From: Candidatus Omnitrophota bacterium | GTDB lineage: Bacteria; Omnitrophota; Gorgyraeia; Zapsychrales; Fredricksoniimonadaceae | NCBI GenBank assembly: GCA_016201795.1 | Contig: JACQCF010000014.1 | Span: 49,648-113,647 of the forward strand | Length of the DNA stretch: 64,000 bases | Direction: 5' to 3' | Shown: positions 9,137-19,821 of the stretch, one piece after another | Layout of the letters: the number at the start of each line of letters is the position of its first letter | Numbering within the stretch: the stretch's first letter is position 1 | Translations under genes and position numbers: made by a program | The notes under the pieces: model-generated | The model's input: the letters and a program-made list of their open reading frames with translations, nothing else | What the model was told of the DNA's origin: nothing | Databases searched by the model: none

Positions 9137-9514
9137 ATGAAAATTCTTGTAGTCGATGACTCTGCTCTCGATCGCAAACTTTTAGTCCGCACTTTGATGA
9201 AAGCGGAAGTTAAGCAAGAAATTCTTGAGGCCGAAGACGGCGACCAGGCGCTGCAGGTCATGGCTAATAGCTATCAAGATATCAGTGTTGTGCTTCTGGA
9301 CTGGCAGATGCCTAAGATGTCCGGTCTTCAGCTGATGGCCGGAATGATTAAAATTCCGGTTTTGTCGTCGATTCCTATTATTATGGTGACGGCCTCGGGT
9401 TCAGAGGATAATAAAAAAATGGCCAGAGAAGTCAATCCCCATCTGGCGGGTTATATTGTTAAGCCTTATAAACCGCAGGAACTTTTGGAAGCCATGAGGC
9501 CCTATTTAAAATAA
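9137..9514 (+). CDS. Single-domain response regulator (CheY-like)
   Basis: VVDD, LLDWQMPKMSG, MVTA and VKP motifs. Confidence 0.9.
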   Translation: MKILVVDDSALDRKLLVRTLMKAEVKQEILEAEDGDQALQVMANSYQDISVVLLDWQMPKMSGLQLMAGMIKIPVLSSIPIIMVTASGSEDNKKMAREVNPHLAGYIVKPYKPQELLEAMRPYLK

Positions 9515-9522
9515 TCTAAAAC

Positions 9523-10113
9523 ATGGCCGACGCTAAATCTAACGCAGAACTTTTGACCATGGCGCGGGCTTTATCCATGGCGGTGAAAAAAGTGTTCTTT
9601 GAGAAATCCGAAACCAGGTTTTCCGGTGAGCCGATCATTGAAGAGAAGAGGATTACCCAGTTTGTCAACCGCATGCGTGTGGATGCCATGGAAAAGTTCA
9701 ATGTCACGACTTTTTTGTCAGCGGTCCACTATTATAAGGATACCGCGGCTCTGGAGAAAAACGATCCGGTGGGTTTGATCGTGGTCTATATCGAGCGTAC
9801 CTTTGTTCCCGAGATGCTGCGGCTTTTAAGATATCCTTACATCGATTATGATCATGACGATGAGGTCTTGGATGGCGCAGGAGCGATCGCCAATTTGATT
9901 GCCGGATATTTCAAGAAAGAGTTAAGTCGTCTGGGGTATATCGATCTGGAAATGTCGCATTTTAAAAGCGCCATCAACAGTGTTTTAGACGGCATTGAGT
10001 ATTGTAAAGGTCAGACGCACAAATATGAACTCAGCTTTAGCATCGAGGATCAAAAGAGATTAGCGGTGGAAATGGTCATGGGCCCTTTGCCTAAAATGAG
10101 CGGGGATGAGTAG
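9523..10113 (+). CDS. CheX/CheC-like protein
   Basis: DEVLDGAGAIANLIAG..K..L resembles the CheX D..GE..N.IAG helix; flanked by two receiver-domain genes. Confidence 0.55.
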   Translation: MADAKSNAELLTMARALSMAVKKVFFEKSETRFSGEPIIEEKRITQFVNRMRVDAMEKFNVTTFLSAVHYYKDTAALEKNDPVGLIVVYIERTFVPEMLRLLRYPYIDYDHDDEVLDGAGAIANLIAGYFKKELSRLGYIDLEMSHFKSAINSVLDGIEYCKGQTHKYELSFSIEDQKRLAVEMVMGPLPKMSGDE

Positions 10114-10122
10114 TATTTAAGC

Positions 10123-10140
10123 CTGCCTGCCGGCAGGCAG
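10123..10140. repeat. Perfect 18-bp palindrome ctgcctgccggcaggcag (REP-like)
   Basis: Self-complementary and intergenic; aag on both sides (10119-10121 and 10142-10144). Confidence 0.7.
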
Positions 10141-10150
10141 AAAGAACAAT

Positions 10151-10516
10151 ATGTCTAAAAGAATTTTGGTGGTCGATGATGATCCTACTTTAATTAAAGT
10201 GATTCAGCCGTTTTTGGAATCCCACGGTTTTGCAGTGACCGTGGCCTGTGACGGTGATCAGGGCATTGAAGAGGTGAAAAAGAATCAGCCGGATTTGATT
10301 GTTTTAGACGTGCGGATGCCCAAAATGAACGGCTACATTTTTATTTTAGAATTAAAAAAAATCGTTAACATCAAAGCCATTCCCATTATTGTTCTCACCG
10401 CCAAAGAAGGGATGGCGGAGATTTTTAAAGTGGAAGGTGTTAAAGAATATGTCACCAAACCGTTTAAACCGGAAGCGCTTTTGACCGCCATTGAAAAATA
10501 TATTGCACCTGTCTAA
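10151..10516 (+). CDS. Single-domain response regulator
   Basis: VVDDD, VLDVRMPKMNG, LTA and TKPF motifs. Confidence 0.9.
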   Translation: MSKRILVVDDDPTLIKVIQPFLESHGFAVTVACDGDQGIEEVKKNQPDLIVLDVRMPKMNGYIFILELKKIVNIKAIPIIVLTAKEGMAEIFKVEGVKEYVTKPFKPEALLTAIEKYIAPV

Positions 10517-10561
10517 AGTCTGCCGTTCGTGTCCCCATAGAAAGGTTAAAGGTTAATTCTA

Positions 10562-12202
10562 ATGAATAGTTTTGATTTAAAATTTTTAGGGATTGAAAGT
10601 AAAGAACTGTATTATAACCTGTCTTTCGACGAGCTTTTTCGTCATGAGACCTCTATCGGCCTAGAGGGCTATGAACGGGCCGTGGTGACCACCCTGGGGG
10701 CCGTGTCGGTGGATACCGGCAAATTCACCGGCCGTTCTCCCAAAGATAAATACATTGTCATGGATGACCAAACCAAAGAGACCCTCTGGTGGGCCAATGG
10801 CCTGCCCAGCGGTTCGGATAATAAACCTATTTCTAAGGAAGCGTGGGCGCATCTCAAGGACCTTTCGGTAAAACAATTAAATGGTCAAAAGCTTTATGTC
10901 ATGGACGGTTTCTGTGGGGCCAACAAAGACACCCGTCTTTGTGTGCGCTTGGTCACGGAAGTTGCCTGGATGGCGCATTTTTTTAAGAATATGTTCATCC
11001 GTCCGACGCAGGAAGAGTTGAAAACGTTTAAACCTGATTGGACGATTCTCAACGCCTGCAAAACCACCTGTCAGGATTATCAACAATGGGGTTTGCGTTC
11101 GGAAGTCTTTGTGGCCTTTAATATCAGCGAGCGTATGACGGTCATCGGTGGTACCTGGTACGGCGGAGAAATCAAGAAGGGTATTTTTTCGATTATGAAT
11201 TATTTTTTACCGCTTAAAGGCATCGGTGCCTTTCACTGCTCGGCCAATCAGGGTCGCAAGGGCGATGCCGCCCTGTTTTTCGGTTTATCCGGCACCGGCA
11301 AAACCACTTTATCCACGGATCCCAAGCGCGCCCTTATCGGCGACGATGAGCATGGCTGGGACAAGGAGGGCATTTTTAATTTTGAAGGTGGCTGTTACGC
11401 CAAATGCATCGGTCTGACCCCCGAGCGTGAACCTGAGATTTTTCGTGCTATCCGCCGTGATGCCTTGTTGGAAAATTGTGAGGTGGACGCTAAGGGCCGT
11501 ATTGATTTTGCTTCCAAGAAAAAGACTGAGAATACCCGAGTGTCTTATCCCATAAACTTTATTGAAAATATCGTCAAACCTGTTTCCAAGGGCGCACACC
11601 CCTCGACGATCATCTTTTTAGCTTGCGATGCCTATGGCGTTTTGCCGCCGGTGGCCAAGCTGACCAAGGAGCAGGCGATGTACCATTATTTAAGTGGTTA
11701 TACCGCGAAAGTCGCCGGCACGGAGCTTGGGGTTAAAGAGCCGACGGCGACCTTCTCGGCGTGTTTTGGCAAAGCCTTTTTGATGGTGCATCCGACCAAA
11801 TATGCCGAAATCCTGGCGAAAAAAATGCAAGAGCACAAATCTTCGGTATATCTGATCAATACCGGTTGGATTGCCGGGCCGTATGGGGTGGGTTATCGCA
11901 TGCCTCTCAAAGATAATCGCCTTAGCATCGATGCGATTTTAGACGGCAGTTTAGACAACAGCGAGTTTGAAACCCTGGCTGTTTTTAATTTGCAAATTCC
12001 TAAAGCGGTCAAGGGTGTGGATCCGAAAATTTTCAATCCTCGTAATTTATGGGCGGATAAAAACGCTTACGATCAAGCAGCCCGCAAATTGGCCGGGATG
12101 TTTATTGAGAATTTCAAACTCTTTACCGACACGCCGCAGGGGAAAGCTTTGGTGGCGGCTGGTCCGCAAATAGAAGCCTTGCAAATAAGAGAGGCCTTAT
12201 GA
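10562..12202 (+). CDS. pckA: Phosphoenolpyruvate carboxykinase (ATP)
   Basis: [46 protein letters not shown] and ENTR motifs. Confidence 0.97.
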   Translation: MNSFDLKFLGIESKELYYNLSFDELFRHETSIGLEGYERAVVTTLGAVSVDTGKFTGRSPKDKYIVMDDQTKETLWWANGLPSGSDNKPISKEAWAHLKDLSVKQLNGQKLYVMDGFCGANKDTRLCVRLVTEVAWMAHFFKNMFIRPTQEELKTFKPDWTILNACKTTCQDYQQWGLRSEVFVAFNISERMTVIGGTWYGGEIKKGIFSIMNYFLPLKGIGAFHCSANQGRKGDAALFFGLSGTGKTTLSTDPKRALIGDDEHGWDKEGIFNFEGGCYAKCIGLTPEREPEIFRAIRRDALLENCEVDAKGRIDFASKKKTENTRVSYPINFIENIVKPVSKGAHPSTIIFLACDAYGVLPPVAKLTKEQAMYHYLSGYTAKVAGTELGVKEPTATFSACFGKAFLMVHPTKYAEILAKKMQEHKSSVYLINTGWIAGPYGVGYRMPLKDNRLSIDAILDGSLDNSEFETLAVFNLQIPKAVKGVDPKIFNPRNLWADKNAYDQAARKLAGMFIENFKLFTDTPQGKALVAAGPQIEALQIREAL

Positions 12203-13050
12203 ACCACGCTATTTTATTGATTTCCTGTCCTGACAGCAAAGGCATCACCGCGGCCGTCACCGGGTTTATCGCCACCAACAGCGGGAATATTATCCACGCG
12301 GATCAGCATATTGACGAACAAAGCAATACATTTTTTATGCGCATTGAGTGGTCGCTTAAGGGTTTTCATATCAAGCGTGAGAACATCGTGGAAGTATTCG
12401 GGCCGATTGCTCAAAAATTTCATATGATCTGGCAGTTACATTTTACGGATCAAAAGATGCGTACGGCGATTTTTGTCAGCAAACACTTGCATTGTCTTTA
12501 TGATTTGCTTTATCGCTACAGAGCCGGCCAATTGGCCTGTGAAATGGTGGTGATTATCAGTAATCACCCCGATGCTCAAAACCTCGCGAAAGATTTTAAA
12601 ATCAAGTTCCATGAATTTGCGGTTCTTAAGGAGAACAAGTCTGAACAAGAGAAAAAACAGATGGAAATTCTAAAGCAGGAGAACATCGATGTGGTTGTTT
12701 TAGCCCGTTATCATCAAATCCTCACACCGGCTTTTGTCAACGCGTATAAAAATCGGATTATCAACATTCATCATTCGTTCCTGCCGGCTTTTGCCGGTCA
12801 AAATCCTTATCTGCAAGCTTACCAGAGGGGTGTGAAGCTTATCGGGGCCACCAGCCATTATGTGACCCAAGCCCTGGACGAGGGGCCGATTATCGAACAG
12901 GATACCGTGCGTATCAGCCACCGGGATGCGCTGGAAGACTTGGTACGCAAAGGTGAAGACCTCGAGAAGGTCGTCTTGAGTCGTGCCGTGCGCTGGCATT
13001 TAGAAAAGAAAATTTTGTGTTACGCCAACAAGACGGTGGTGTTTGATTAA
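12199..13050 (+). CDS. purU: Formyltetrahydrofolate deformylase
   Basis: ACT N-terminus CPD..GI; [12 protein letters not shown]; [22 protein letters not shown]. Confidence 0.96.
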   Translation: MNHAILLISCPDSKGITAAVTGFIATNSGNIIHADQHIDEQSNTFFMRIEWSLKGFHIKRENIVEVFGPIAQKFHMIWQLHFTDQKMRTAIFVSKHLHCLYDLLYRYRAGQLACEMVVIISNHPDAQNLAKDFKIKFHEFAVLKENKSEQEKKQMEILKQENIDVVVLARYHQILTPAFVNAYKNRIINIHHSFLPAFAGQNPYLQAYQRGVKLIGATSHYVTQALDEGPIIEQDTVRISHRDALEDLVRKGEDLEKVVLSRAVRWHLEKKILCYANKTVVFD

Positions 13051-13060
13051 GCAAGCTGAT

Positions 13061-13088
13061 TTGACAAAGATTAAAAATATGTTATAGT
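13061..13088 (+). promoter_or_regulatory. Sigma70 promoter of the copper-efflux operon
   Basis: TTGACA (13061-13066), 16-bp spacer, extended -10 TGnTATAGT (hexamer 13083-13088). Confidence 0.65.
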
Positions 13089-13098
13089 TGATACAGTT

Positions 13099-13473
13099 AT
13101 GCGTAAAACAGTCAAAATCATCGCAGCAGTTTTTGTCGGTTTGATTTTCCTAGCCAGTGTGGCGTTATGCTCCTGTGCGGTTAAATCAGCGCATGTCTTT
13201 GGGAAAAAGATCTCCTGCTCTGATTGCGCTTCCAAAGCCCAGCCAACACCCCTCAGTCATGAATGTTGTTTGACCAAAACCATTCCTATGGATGCGGCTA
13301 AAAACTTAGTTGTGTCCATGCCTTTGTTTTCGTGGTGGCCAGTGGTGATGGCCAGCCTTCTCTATATTGTACCCCGTCCACATATTGCTTTTAGAACCGC
13401 CTATCTCAACGGCCCGCCAGGACTGGTTTCTCTAGTTCCTCTGTATATCCAATCCCGCAGTCTGCGCATTTAA
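13099..13473 (+). CDS. Cys-rich DUF2946-like leader protein upstream of cusBA
   Basis: Signal/TM segment, CSC, CSDC, HECC, and C-terminal NGPP..PLY....LRI. Confidence 0.6.
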   Translation: MRKTVKIIAAVFVGLIFLASVALCSCAVKSAHVFGKKISCSDCASKAQPTPLSHECCLTKTIPMDAAKNLVVSMPLFSWWPVVMASLLYIVPRPHIAFRTAYLNGPPGLVSLVPLYIQSRSLRI

Positions 13474-13486
13474 CGCTTCCCAATAA

Positions 13487-13578
13487 TGCCATTGCGAGTC
13501 CCGACGATTGTATCGGGGCGAAGCAATCTTTTAATTTAGAAAGATTGCTTCAGTCGCTACGCTCCTTCGCAATGACAC
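13487..13578. repeat. GTCATTGCGA...GCAATC-type palindromic REP doublet
   Basis: Terminal tgccattgcga/tcgcaatgaca and inner gaagcaatcttt/aaagattgcttc; right arm is the reverse complement (one mismatch in 39 bp) of the arm at 42101. Confidence 0.8.
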
Positions 13579-13610
13579 CAGTGAAACTTTAATAAGTTAA
13601 TGGAGGCGCT

Positions 13611-14699
13611 ATGAAAAGAATCATTCTTATATTAACCTTAGTTTTATGTTCAACAATCAATGGGTGGGCTAAAGATATTTACTATTGTCCCATGCATCCG
13701 TTTTATACCAGTGATAAGCCAGGCACTTGTCCCATCTGCTACATGAATTTGGTTAAAAAAAGAGGAGACCCCCGTGCGGAAGCTGCATTGATGGCACGTG
13801 AGGCCGCTGCTCACAGAAATGATGTGGCCGGTTACACACCGGTTCGCATTGATAACAGGCAAATGCAGTTGATGGGAGTCAGGACAACAGTGGTGCGCAA
13901 GCAAGTTTTGGTCAAGACCGTTAGGACTTTCGGCTATATTTCCACCCATCACCAGTTGTATGAACTGCAGGATGAATATATCCGGGCTTATTTGGATTTT
14001 ACGCTGGCCTTTCGTGATTACCGTCGAGCCGAACATATACGCCGCAGTTGGGAAACCCACCGCGAATTACAACTTAAACTGCACGAGGCTGAAGATAAAC
14101 TGCTGCGTTTAGGCTTTGGCCCTTATCAAATTGAGGAGCTGCAAAAGATTTCATGGAAAACCCCCTGGGTTCAGCCGCCATTACTGTTTTTTAAAGAAGG
14201 TAATGTGGTCAGTTATTGGGTGGTGGCGCAGATTTTTGAACAGGACATGGGGTTTGTGGAAGCCGGTCAAAAGGTACAAATAGAGATCCCTGCTTATGGA
14301 GAAAAGACCAAGGGTATTATCCGTTCGGTGGGGGGCATCTTGGATCAGCAGACCAGAACAGTTAATGCGCTCATTGAGTTGGATGGTTACAAAGGAGAAT
14401 TAGCTGGAAATATGTTGGTGAACGTCAGCATTGCCATTGAGCTGAATGAAGACCTTATTGTCCCGCAAGAGGCGGTGATGGATACGGGATTAAGGAAAAT
14501 TGTGTTTGTACAGACCCGGCCGGGTGTTTTTGAGCCGAGAGAAATTCAGGTGCTGGCTTTAGGCGATAACGGCTGGGCCGTTAAATCCGGATTAAAAGAA
14601 GGCCAGAAGGTCGTGGTCGATGGCAATTTCCTCATGGACTCCGAAAGCCGTTTGCAAGCAACCTTGGAAAACCAGTCGGGGGGTGATGACCATGATTGA
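13611..14699 (+). CDS. cusB: CusB-like RND membrane-fusion protein with heavy-metal-binding domain
   Basis: YYCPMHP...PGTCPICYMNLV; FEPREI; GNFLMDSESRLQA. Confidence 0.85.
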   Translation: MKRIILILTLVLCSTINGWAKDIYYCPMHPFYTSDKPGTCPICYMNLVKKRGDPRAEAALMAREAAAHRNDVAGYTPVRIDNRQMQLMGVRTTVVRKQVLVKTVRTFGYISTHHQLYELQDEYIRAYLDFTLAFRDYRRAEHIRRSWETHRELQLKLHEAEDKLLRLGFGPYQIEELQKISWKTPWVQPPLLFFKEGNVVSYWVVAQIFEQDMGFVEAGQKVQIEIPAYGEKTKGIIRSVGGILDQQTRTVNALIELDGYKGELAGNMLVNVSIAIELNEDLIVPQEAVMDTGLRKIVFVQTRPGVFEPREIQVLALGDNGWAVKSGLKEGQKVVVDGNFLMDSESRLQATLENQSGGDDHD

Positions 14700-17600
14700 C
14701 AAGCTCATTGAGTTTTCCGCGCGCAATAAATATCTGGTTATTCTGGTGGTCATGGTCTCTCTGGCAGCGGCTATTTGGTCGATGAGAAATATTCCCCTCG
14801 ATGCCATCCCTGACCTTTCCGATACGCAGGTCATTATTTATTCCCGCTGGGACCGCAGCCCCGATATTATCGAGGACCAGGTGACCTATCCGATTGTCTC
14901 AACCCTTTTAGGCGTACCTGGTGTTAAAGCCGTACGCGGTTTTTCCGATTTCGGTTTTTCCTACGTCTATGTTATTTTTAAAGACGGCACGGATATTTAT
15001 TGGGCCAGAAGCCGCGTGCTGGAATATTTAAGCAAAATTATTCCGCGCTTGCCCGAGGGGGTGAGAAGCGAATTAGGGCCGGATGCCACCGGCGTGGGCT
15101 GGGTCTTTCAATACGCGCTCGTCGATAAAGGCGGCAAACATAATTTACAGGAGCTGCGCAGTTTTCAGGATTGGTATTTGCGTTATTATCTGCAAAGCGT
15201 GCCCGGGGTGGCGGAGGTGGCCCCTATCGGCGGTTTTGTCAAACAATATCAAATCACCGTTGATCCCAATAAACTTTTAGCCTATAACCTGCCTATCACC
15301 AAAGTGGTCGAATCCGTACGCCACGGCAATGAGGAGTCCGGGGGAAGATTGCTGGAATTTTCCGGTGCCGAATACATGGTGCGCGGCCACGGGTTGGTTA
15401 AATCAGTGAAAGATTTAGAAAATATCGTGGTAGCGGCAGATGTGAATGGCACACCCATTTTGCTTAAAAACGTCGCGCATGTGGCTATTGGCCCGGACAT
15501 CCGTCGTGGCCTGGCAGATTTAGATGGCCAGGGCGATGCCGTGGGCGGTACCATCGTCATGCGCTTCGGCGAAAACGCGCTCAATGTTATCCAGGCGGTT
15601 AAAGCCAAATTAAAAGAAATCGAGCCGTCTTTGCCCGAGGGCGTTAAGGTGGAGGTTACCTATGACCGCTCCGAACTCATTTTACGGGCGATTGATCATT
15701 TGAAGCATCAGCTCATCGAAGAAATGATTGTGGTTAGTTTGGTGATTTTGCTTTTCTTGTGGCATTTTCCTTCGGCATTTATCCCTATTATTACTATTCC
15801 CATTGCGGTGCTGCTGTCATTTATTCCGCTGCTGGGACTCAAAGTAACCTCCAACATCATGTCGCTGTCGGGCATTGCTATCTCCATTGGTGTTCTGGTT
15901 GATGGAGCTATTGTCCAGATGGAGAACGTCTATAAGCATTTGGAGTACTGGCACAAGGGACAGCGCCAGGAACATTACAGGGACGTGGTATTAAGGGCGC
16001 TCAAAGAGGTTGGCCCGTCGGTATTCTTCTCCTTGCTGGTGATTGCGGTTTCATTTTTGCCGATTTTTACGCTGGTTGATCAGGAGGGCCGTTTATTTAA
16101 ACCCTTGGCCTTCTCCAAAACTTTTGTCATGGCCATTGCCGCGGTTTTGGTGGTGACATTTAATCCGGCCATACGCATGCTGTTTTTACGCGTTCATCCT
16201 TTTAAATCCAAAATTGCTAATATGTTTCTGGTGGGCAAATATTATCCCGAAGAACAGCATCCGGTCAGCCGCGTACTGTTTCGCTGGTATGAACCGGTGT
16301 GTCGCTGGGTACTCAAGCACCCTAAACAAGTCTTACTGGGGGCTCTGATTGCGATGTTCACGACGGTTCCTGCCTATTTAAAACTTGGCTCTGAGTTTAT
16401 GCCTCCCTTGTGGGAAGGGGATATTCTTTATATGCCCATCACCATGCCGGGGATTTCCATCACGCAGGCCCAAAAACTTTTGCAGACGCAGGATCGCATT
16501 TTGAAAAGTTTTCCTCAGGTGGAAAGGGTTTGGGGCAAAGCCGGGCGCATGGAGAGCTCAACGGACCCGGCGCCTTTGTCCATGATGGAGACCACGGTGC
16601 TTTTAAAGCCGCCGTCTAAGTGGCCTAAGGCCATTTCCCACGAAGAGCTGATTAACCAGATGGATGCGGCGCTGAAAATTCCAGGGACCACCAATGCCTG
16701 GACCATGCCTATCAAAAACCGCATTGATATGCTCTCGACGGGGATCAGAACTCCTATTGGTATCAAAGTACTTGGTGCCGACCTTAATCAGATTGAACAT
16801 GTTGGAATTCAGTTGGAATCCATTTTAAAAGATGTGCGCGGTACGCGCAGTGTTTATGCCGAGCGTGTTTCCGGCGGGTATTTTTTGGATTTTGACCTCA
16901 AGCGCGAAGCCCTGGCCCGTTATGGCTTATCCATCGATGATGCCCAGATGACGATTGCCTCGGCCATCGGAGGTGAAAATATCACCACCACCATCGAAGG
17001 ACGCGAGCGTTATGGGGTCAATGTTCGTTATCCTAGGGAACTCAGGGACAATGTGGAAAAATTAAACAGGGTTTTTGTGGCTACGCCGTCGGGTATGCAA
17101 GTTCCTTTAGGTCAAATCGCGGATATTGTAATGCGCACCGGCCCCTCCATGATCCGTGATGAAAATGGTTTGATGTCCGGTTATGTGTATGTGGATGTAG
17201 CCGGGCGGGATATAGGTACTTATGTCGAGGAAGCCAGGGCGAAAGTGGCTTCCCAGCTCAAATTACCGCAAGGCTATAATTTGATCTGGAGCGGCCAGTA
17301 TGAAAATATGCTGCGTGTCAGGGAGAGATTAAAAGTGGTTATACCGTTGACGGTTTTTATTATCGCTTTGCTTTTGTATATGAACACTAAGTCCGTCGTG
17401 CCAACAGCTATTGTGCTGTTGTCCGTGCCGTTTTCTCTTATCGGGGCGGTGTGGCTGTTGTGGATTTTAGGTTATAACATCTCGATTGCCGTCTGGGTGG
17501 GGATGATCGCGCTCATGGGTCTGGATGCGGAAACCGGTGTTTTGCTGCTTTTGTTTATGGAATTAGCTTATAAGGATATGTTGCAGCGAGGGCAAATGAA

Positions 17601-17877
17601 AACGCGGGAGGATTTAAAGGCGGCCATCATTCAAGGGTCGGTGCGCCGTCTGCGGCCTAAGCTCATGACAGTGATGGCCGCATTCATAGGGCTTTTGCCG
17701 ATTATGTTCTCGGCTGGCACGGGGGCGGATGTGATGAAACGCATCGCGGCCCCCATGGTCGGCGGGCTGATTAGCTCATTTATCATAGGGCTTCTGGTTT
17801 ACCCGGCGATTTATTATTTGTGGAAAGTCAAAGGACTTTTAAAGAATAAACATGTCACAGAAAGGGGAAGTGTATGA
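14692..17877 (+). CDS. cusA: CusA Cu(I)/Ag(I) RND efflux permease
   Basis: LDAIPDLSDTQVI, GPDATGVGWV, EFMPP, DPAPLSMMET and NRIDMLSTG (Met relay) motifs. Confidence 0.93.
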   Translation: MIDKLIEFSARNKYLVILVVMVSLAAAIWSMRNIPLDAIPDLSDTQVIIYSRWDRSPDIIEDQVTYPIVSTLLGVPGVKAVRGFSDFGFSYVYVIFKDGTDIYWARSRVLEYLSKIIPRLPEGVRSELGPDATGVGWVFQYALVDKGGKHNLQELRSFQDWYLRYYLQSVPGVAEVAPIGGFVKQYQITVDPNKLLAYNLPITKVVESVRHGNEESGGRLLEFSGAEYMVRGHGLVKSVKDLENIVVAADVNGTPILLKNVAHVAIGPDIRRGLADLDGQGDAVGGTIVMRFGENALNVIQAVKAKLKEIEPSLPEGVKVEVTYDRSELILRAIDHLKHQLIEEMIVVSLVILLFLWHFPSAFIPIITIPIAVLLSFIPLLGLKVTSNIMSLSGIAISIGVLVDGAIVQMENVYKHLEYWHKGQRQEHYRDVVLRALKEVGPSVFFSLLVIAVSFLPIFTLVDQEGRLFKPLAFSKTFVMAIAAVLVVTFNPAIRMLFLRVHPFKSKIANMFLVGKYYPEEQHPVSRVLFRWYEPVCRWVLKHPKQVLLGALIAMFTTVPAYLKLGSEFMPPLWEGDILYMPITMPGISITQAQKLLQTQDRILKSFPQVERVWGKAGRMESSTDPAPLSMMETTVLLKPPSKWPKAISHEELINQMDAALKIPGTTNAWTMPIKNRIDMLSTGIRTPIGIKVLGADLNQIEHVGIQLESILKDVRGTRSVYAERVSGGYFLDFDLKREALARYGLSIDDAQMTIASAIGGENITTTIEGRERYGVNVRYPRELRDNVEKLNRVFVATPSGMQVPLGQIADIVMRTGPSMIRDENGLMSGYVYVDVAGRDIGTYVEEARAKVASQLKLPQGYNLIWSGQYENMLRVRERLKVVIPLTVFIIALLLYMNTKSVVPTAIVLLSVPFSLIGAVWLLWILGYNISIAVWVGMIALMGLDAETGVLLLLFMELAYKDMLQRGQMKTREDLKAAIIQGSVRRLRPKLMTVMAAFIGLLPIMFSAGTGADVMKRIAAPMVGGLISSFIIGLLVYPAIYYLWKVKGLLKNKHVTERGSV

Positions 17878-18218
17878 AAACTAACATTATCATCATTGCA
17901 GCTCTTATTGGCCTTTTGTTGGGGTTTGTTTTGGTTTCTGGAGGACGGTATTGTTGCAGACTCAATCAGAACAGGCCAGCCCAGGCTTATATCCCGGTCG
18001 CCCAGGCAGATGCTCAAGCGAGCCAATCGGTGGAAGTGGGTAATACCATTTGTCCGATCAGCGGCAATTCGATTTATGCCATGGGAGGTCCTCTTAAGTA
18101 CGAGTATAAGGGGAAGATTTACAATTTATGCTGCGGGGGCTGCATCAGGCGTTTTGAAAGCGACCCTGAAAGATACAGCAAGATTGCCGAGGATGAAGCG
18201 AAAGGGCAAGCCCAATAA
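17874..18218 (+). CDS. YHS/TRASH-domain periplasmic metal-binding protein
   Basis: GNTICPISG...EYKGKIYNLCCGGC..F..DPERY; N-terminal TM. Confidence 0.8.
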   Translation: MKTNIIIIAALIGLLLGFVLVSGGRYCCRLNQNRPAQAYIPVAQADAQASQSVEVGNTICPISGNSIYAMGGPLKYEYKGKIYNLCCGGCIRRFESDPERYSKIAEDEAKGQAQ

Positions 18219-18243
18219 AATTACTCAAACAGGGAGGTATGAA

Positions 18244-18462
18244 ATGAAAAATCAAGCATGGATGATGGCCGTTTGCATGAGCACTTGCTGTCTGCTGCCG
18301 GTATTATTGGTTTCTGTGGCGCCCGCCGTGGGATTAAATAAACAGAGCATGTTTTTTATTTTTATAGTGGTTATGTTTTTGTGTTGCTTTATGATGATAC
18401 GTAGAGGGGACAGTTGCTGTGATCAACATAAAGATGAGGATCAAAAAAACAAACCGAACTAA
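18244..18462 (+). CDS. Small Cys/Met-rich two-TM protein
   Basis: GGGAGG SD; WMMAVCMSTCCLLP, LCCFMM and SCCDQH. Confidence 0.55.
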   Translation: MKNQAWMMAVCMSTCCLLPVLLVSVAPAVGLNKQSMFFIFIVVMFLCCFMMIRRGDSCCDQHKDEDQKNKPN

Positions 18463-18483
18463 AACTTCAAGGGAAACCTGTTG

Positions 18484-19821
18484 ATGAAGAAGCACCGAGT
18501 TGTCTTAATACTATTTGTATTTGGATTAGTTATTTTTTTTCCCTTAAGAAGCCAAACAACGATGGCGGAAGAAACGGCTCCAGTACAGTCTACCTTGACC
18601 GAAGAGGAGGCTGTCAGGAATGCGATACGAAATAATTATGACTTACGGCTGGCAAAAGTAAGCGTTGAGTTGGCGAAAGCTCAACTCGTACAAGCAGGCT
18701 TATGGCCTAACCCGGAGGGTGAATTCTCTATCCGTAGTGATAAATATTACGCGAATGAAGGCGAGGGTGGTTATGAATATGGCCTCAATCAACCTATTCC
18801 GATAAGCGGCAGGTTATTCTCTCAAAAGAGGGTTGCCGAATTTGGCATTAAACGCGCCGAATGGCAATTGAACGACGTGAAAAGACAGGTTGTTGCAGAG
18901 GTAAAAAAAATATTCTATCAGGTCACCACACTTCAGGAAAAAGAAAAAATTTTAAGCTTTTTAGTTAAAACAAATCAGGATCTCCTTGAATCGGTGAAGG
19001 CAAGATTAAGTCAGGCCGAGGTTTCCAATGTTGACATCAGTTTAGCTCGTGGCGAACTTTTAATGGTGAGCCAGGAGCTTGCAGAAGTAAAAGCGCGTCT
19101 TTATGAATCGCGGGTCAATCTTAACAGGCTTATGGGACAGGGCTTAAACTATTCCTTCGCCACAGTATCTGAACCGTTAGCATTTCCATCCATTGATTTA
19201 GAAACAGCTACTCAAAATTCTTTAGAAAATCGCCCTGACCTGAAAGCAAAGGAATTGGAAGAGAAAATGGGCAGCGCTGCTCTAACCCTGGCCAAGGCCA
19301 TGCAGATACCTGACATTACGATAGGTGTTTTTTATCAAAGTGACAGGAATCGATTCGATGTGAACGATCAATTGATAAGCGATAACAGTCGTTTCATCGG
19401 GGCCAAAGTGTCAATACCCCTGCCGCTTTTTAACCGGAACCAAGGTGAGATCGCTAAGACCGCAGCCGAGAAAAAAGGTGCGGGTATTCAATATGAAGCC
19501 CTCAAGACACAGGTTGCTAAAGAAGTAGCGCAAGCGTATATCCGGTTAGCGGCGTCCAAAGAAATCATTGATTCCTATAGTAACGGAGTCAAGGAAGATG
19601 TGGAGAAATCAGTCAAATTAATGCAAAACGCTTATCTTCAAGGACAGGTGAGTGTATTTGATGTGGTTCAAACTCAGAGTAAATTTAACAGTATCGAAAA
19701 AGCTTATTTGGATGCCAGTCAAAACGCTAGAGAAGCGATCATCAACCTTGAGTCTGCGATTGGAGCGAGTTTAAAGAATGAAAAAATGGAGGAAGGAGCC
19801 CCGAAAGGAAAGAATCCATGA
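18484..19821 (+). CDS. TolC/CzcC-family outer-membrane efflux protein
   Basis: AGLWPNP, RPDL, SIPLPLFNRNQGEI and Y..G...DV motifs. Confidence 0.9.
   Translation: MKKHRVVLILFVFGLVIFFPLRSQTTMAEETAPVQSTLTEEEAVRNAIRNNYDLRLAKVSVELAKAQLVQAGLWPNPEGEFSIRSDKYYANEGEGGYEYGLNQPIPISGRLFSQKRVAEFGIKRAEWQLNDVKRQVVAEVKKIFYQVTTLQEKEKILSFLVKTNQDLLESVKARLSQAEVSNVDISLARGELLMVSQELAEVKARLYESRVNLNRLMGQGLNYSFATVSEPLAFPSIDLETATQNSLENRPDLKAKELEEKMGSAALTLAKAMQIPDITIGVFYQSDRNRFDVNDQLISDNSRFIGAKVSIPLPLFNRNQGEIAKTAAEKKGAGIQYEALKTQVAKEVAQAYIRLAASKEIIDSYSNGVKEDVEKSVKLMQNAYLQGQVSVFDVVQTQSKFNSIEKAYLDASQNAREAIINLESAIGASLKNEKMEEGAPKGKNP

Noticed and set aside
14620-14691. N-terminal extensions in the ORF track (cusA, and likewise the ORFs starting at 5687, 8569, 17896, 23881, 30319, 51225 and 58401)
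   Set aside because: They overlap upstream genes; downstream ATGs with an SD or translational coupling fit the family N-termini better.
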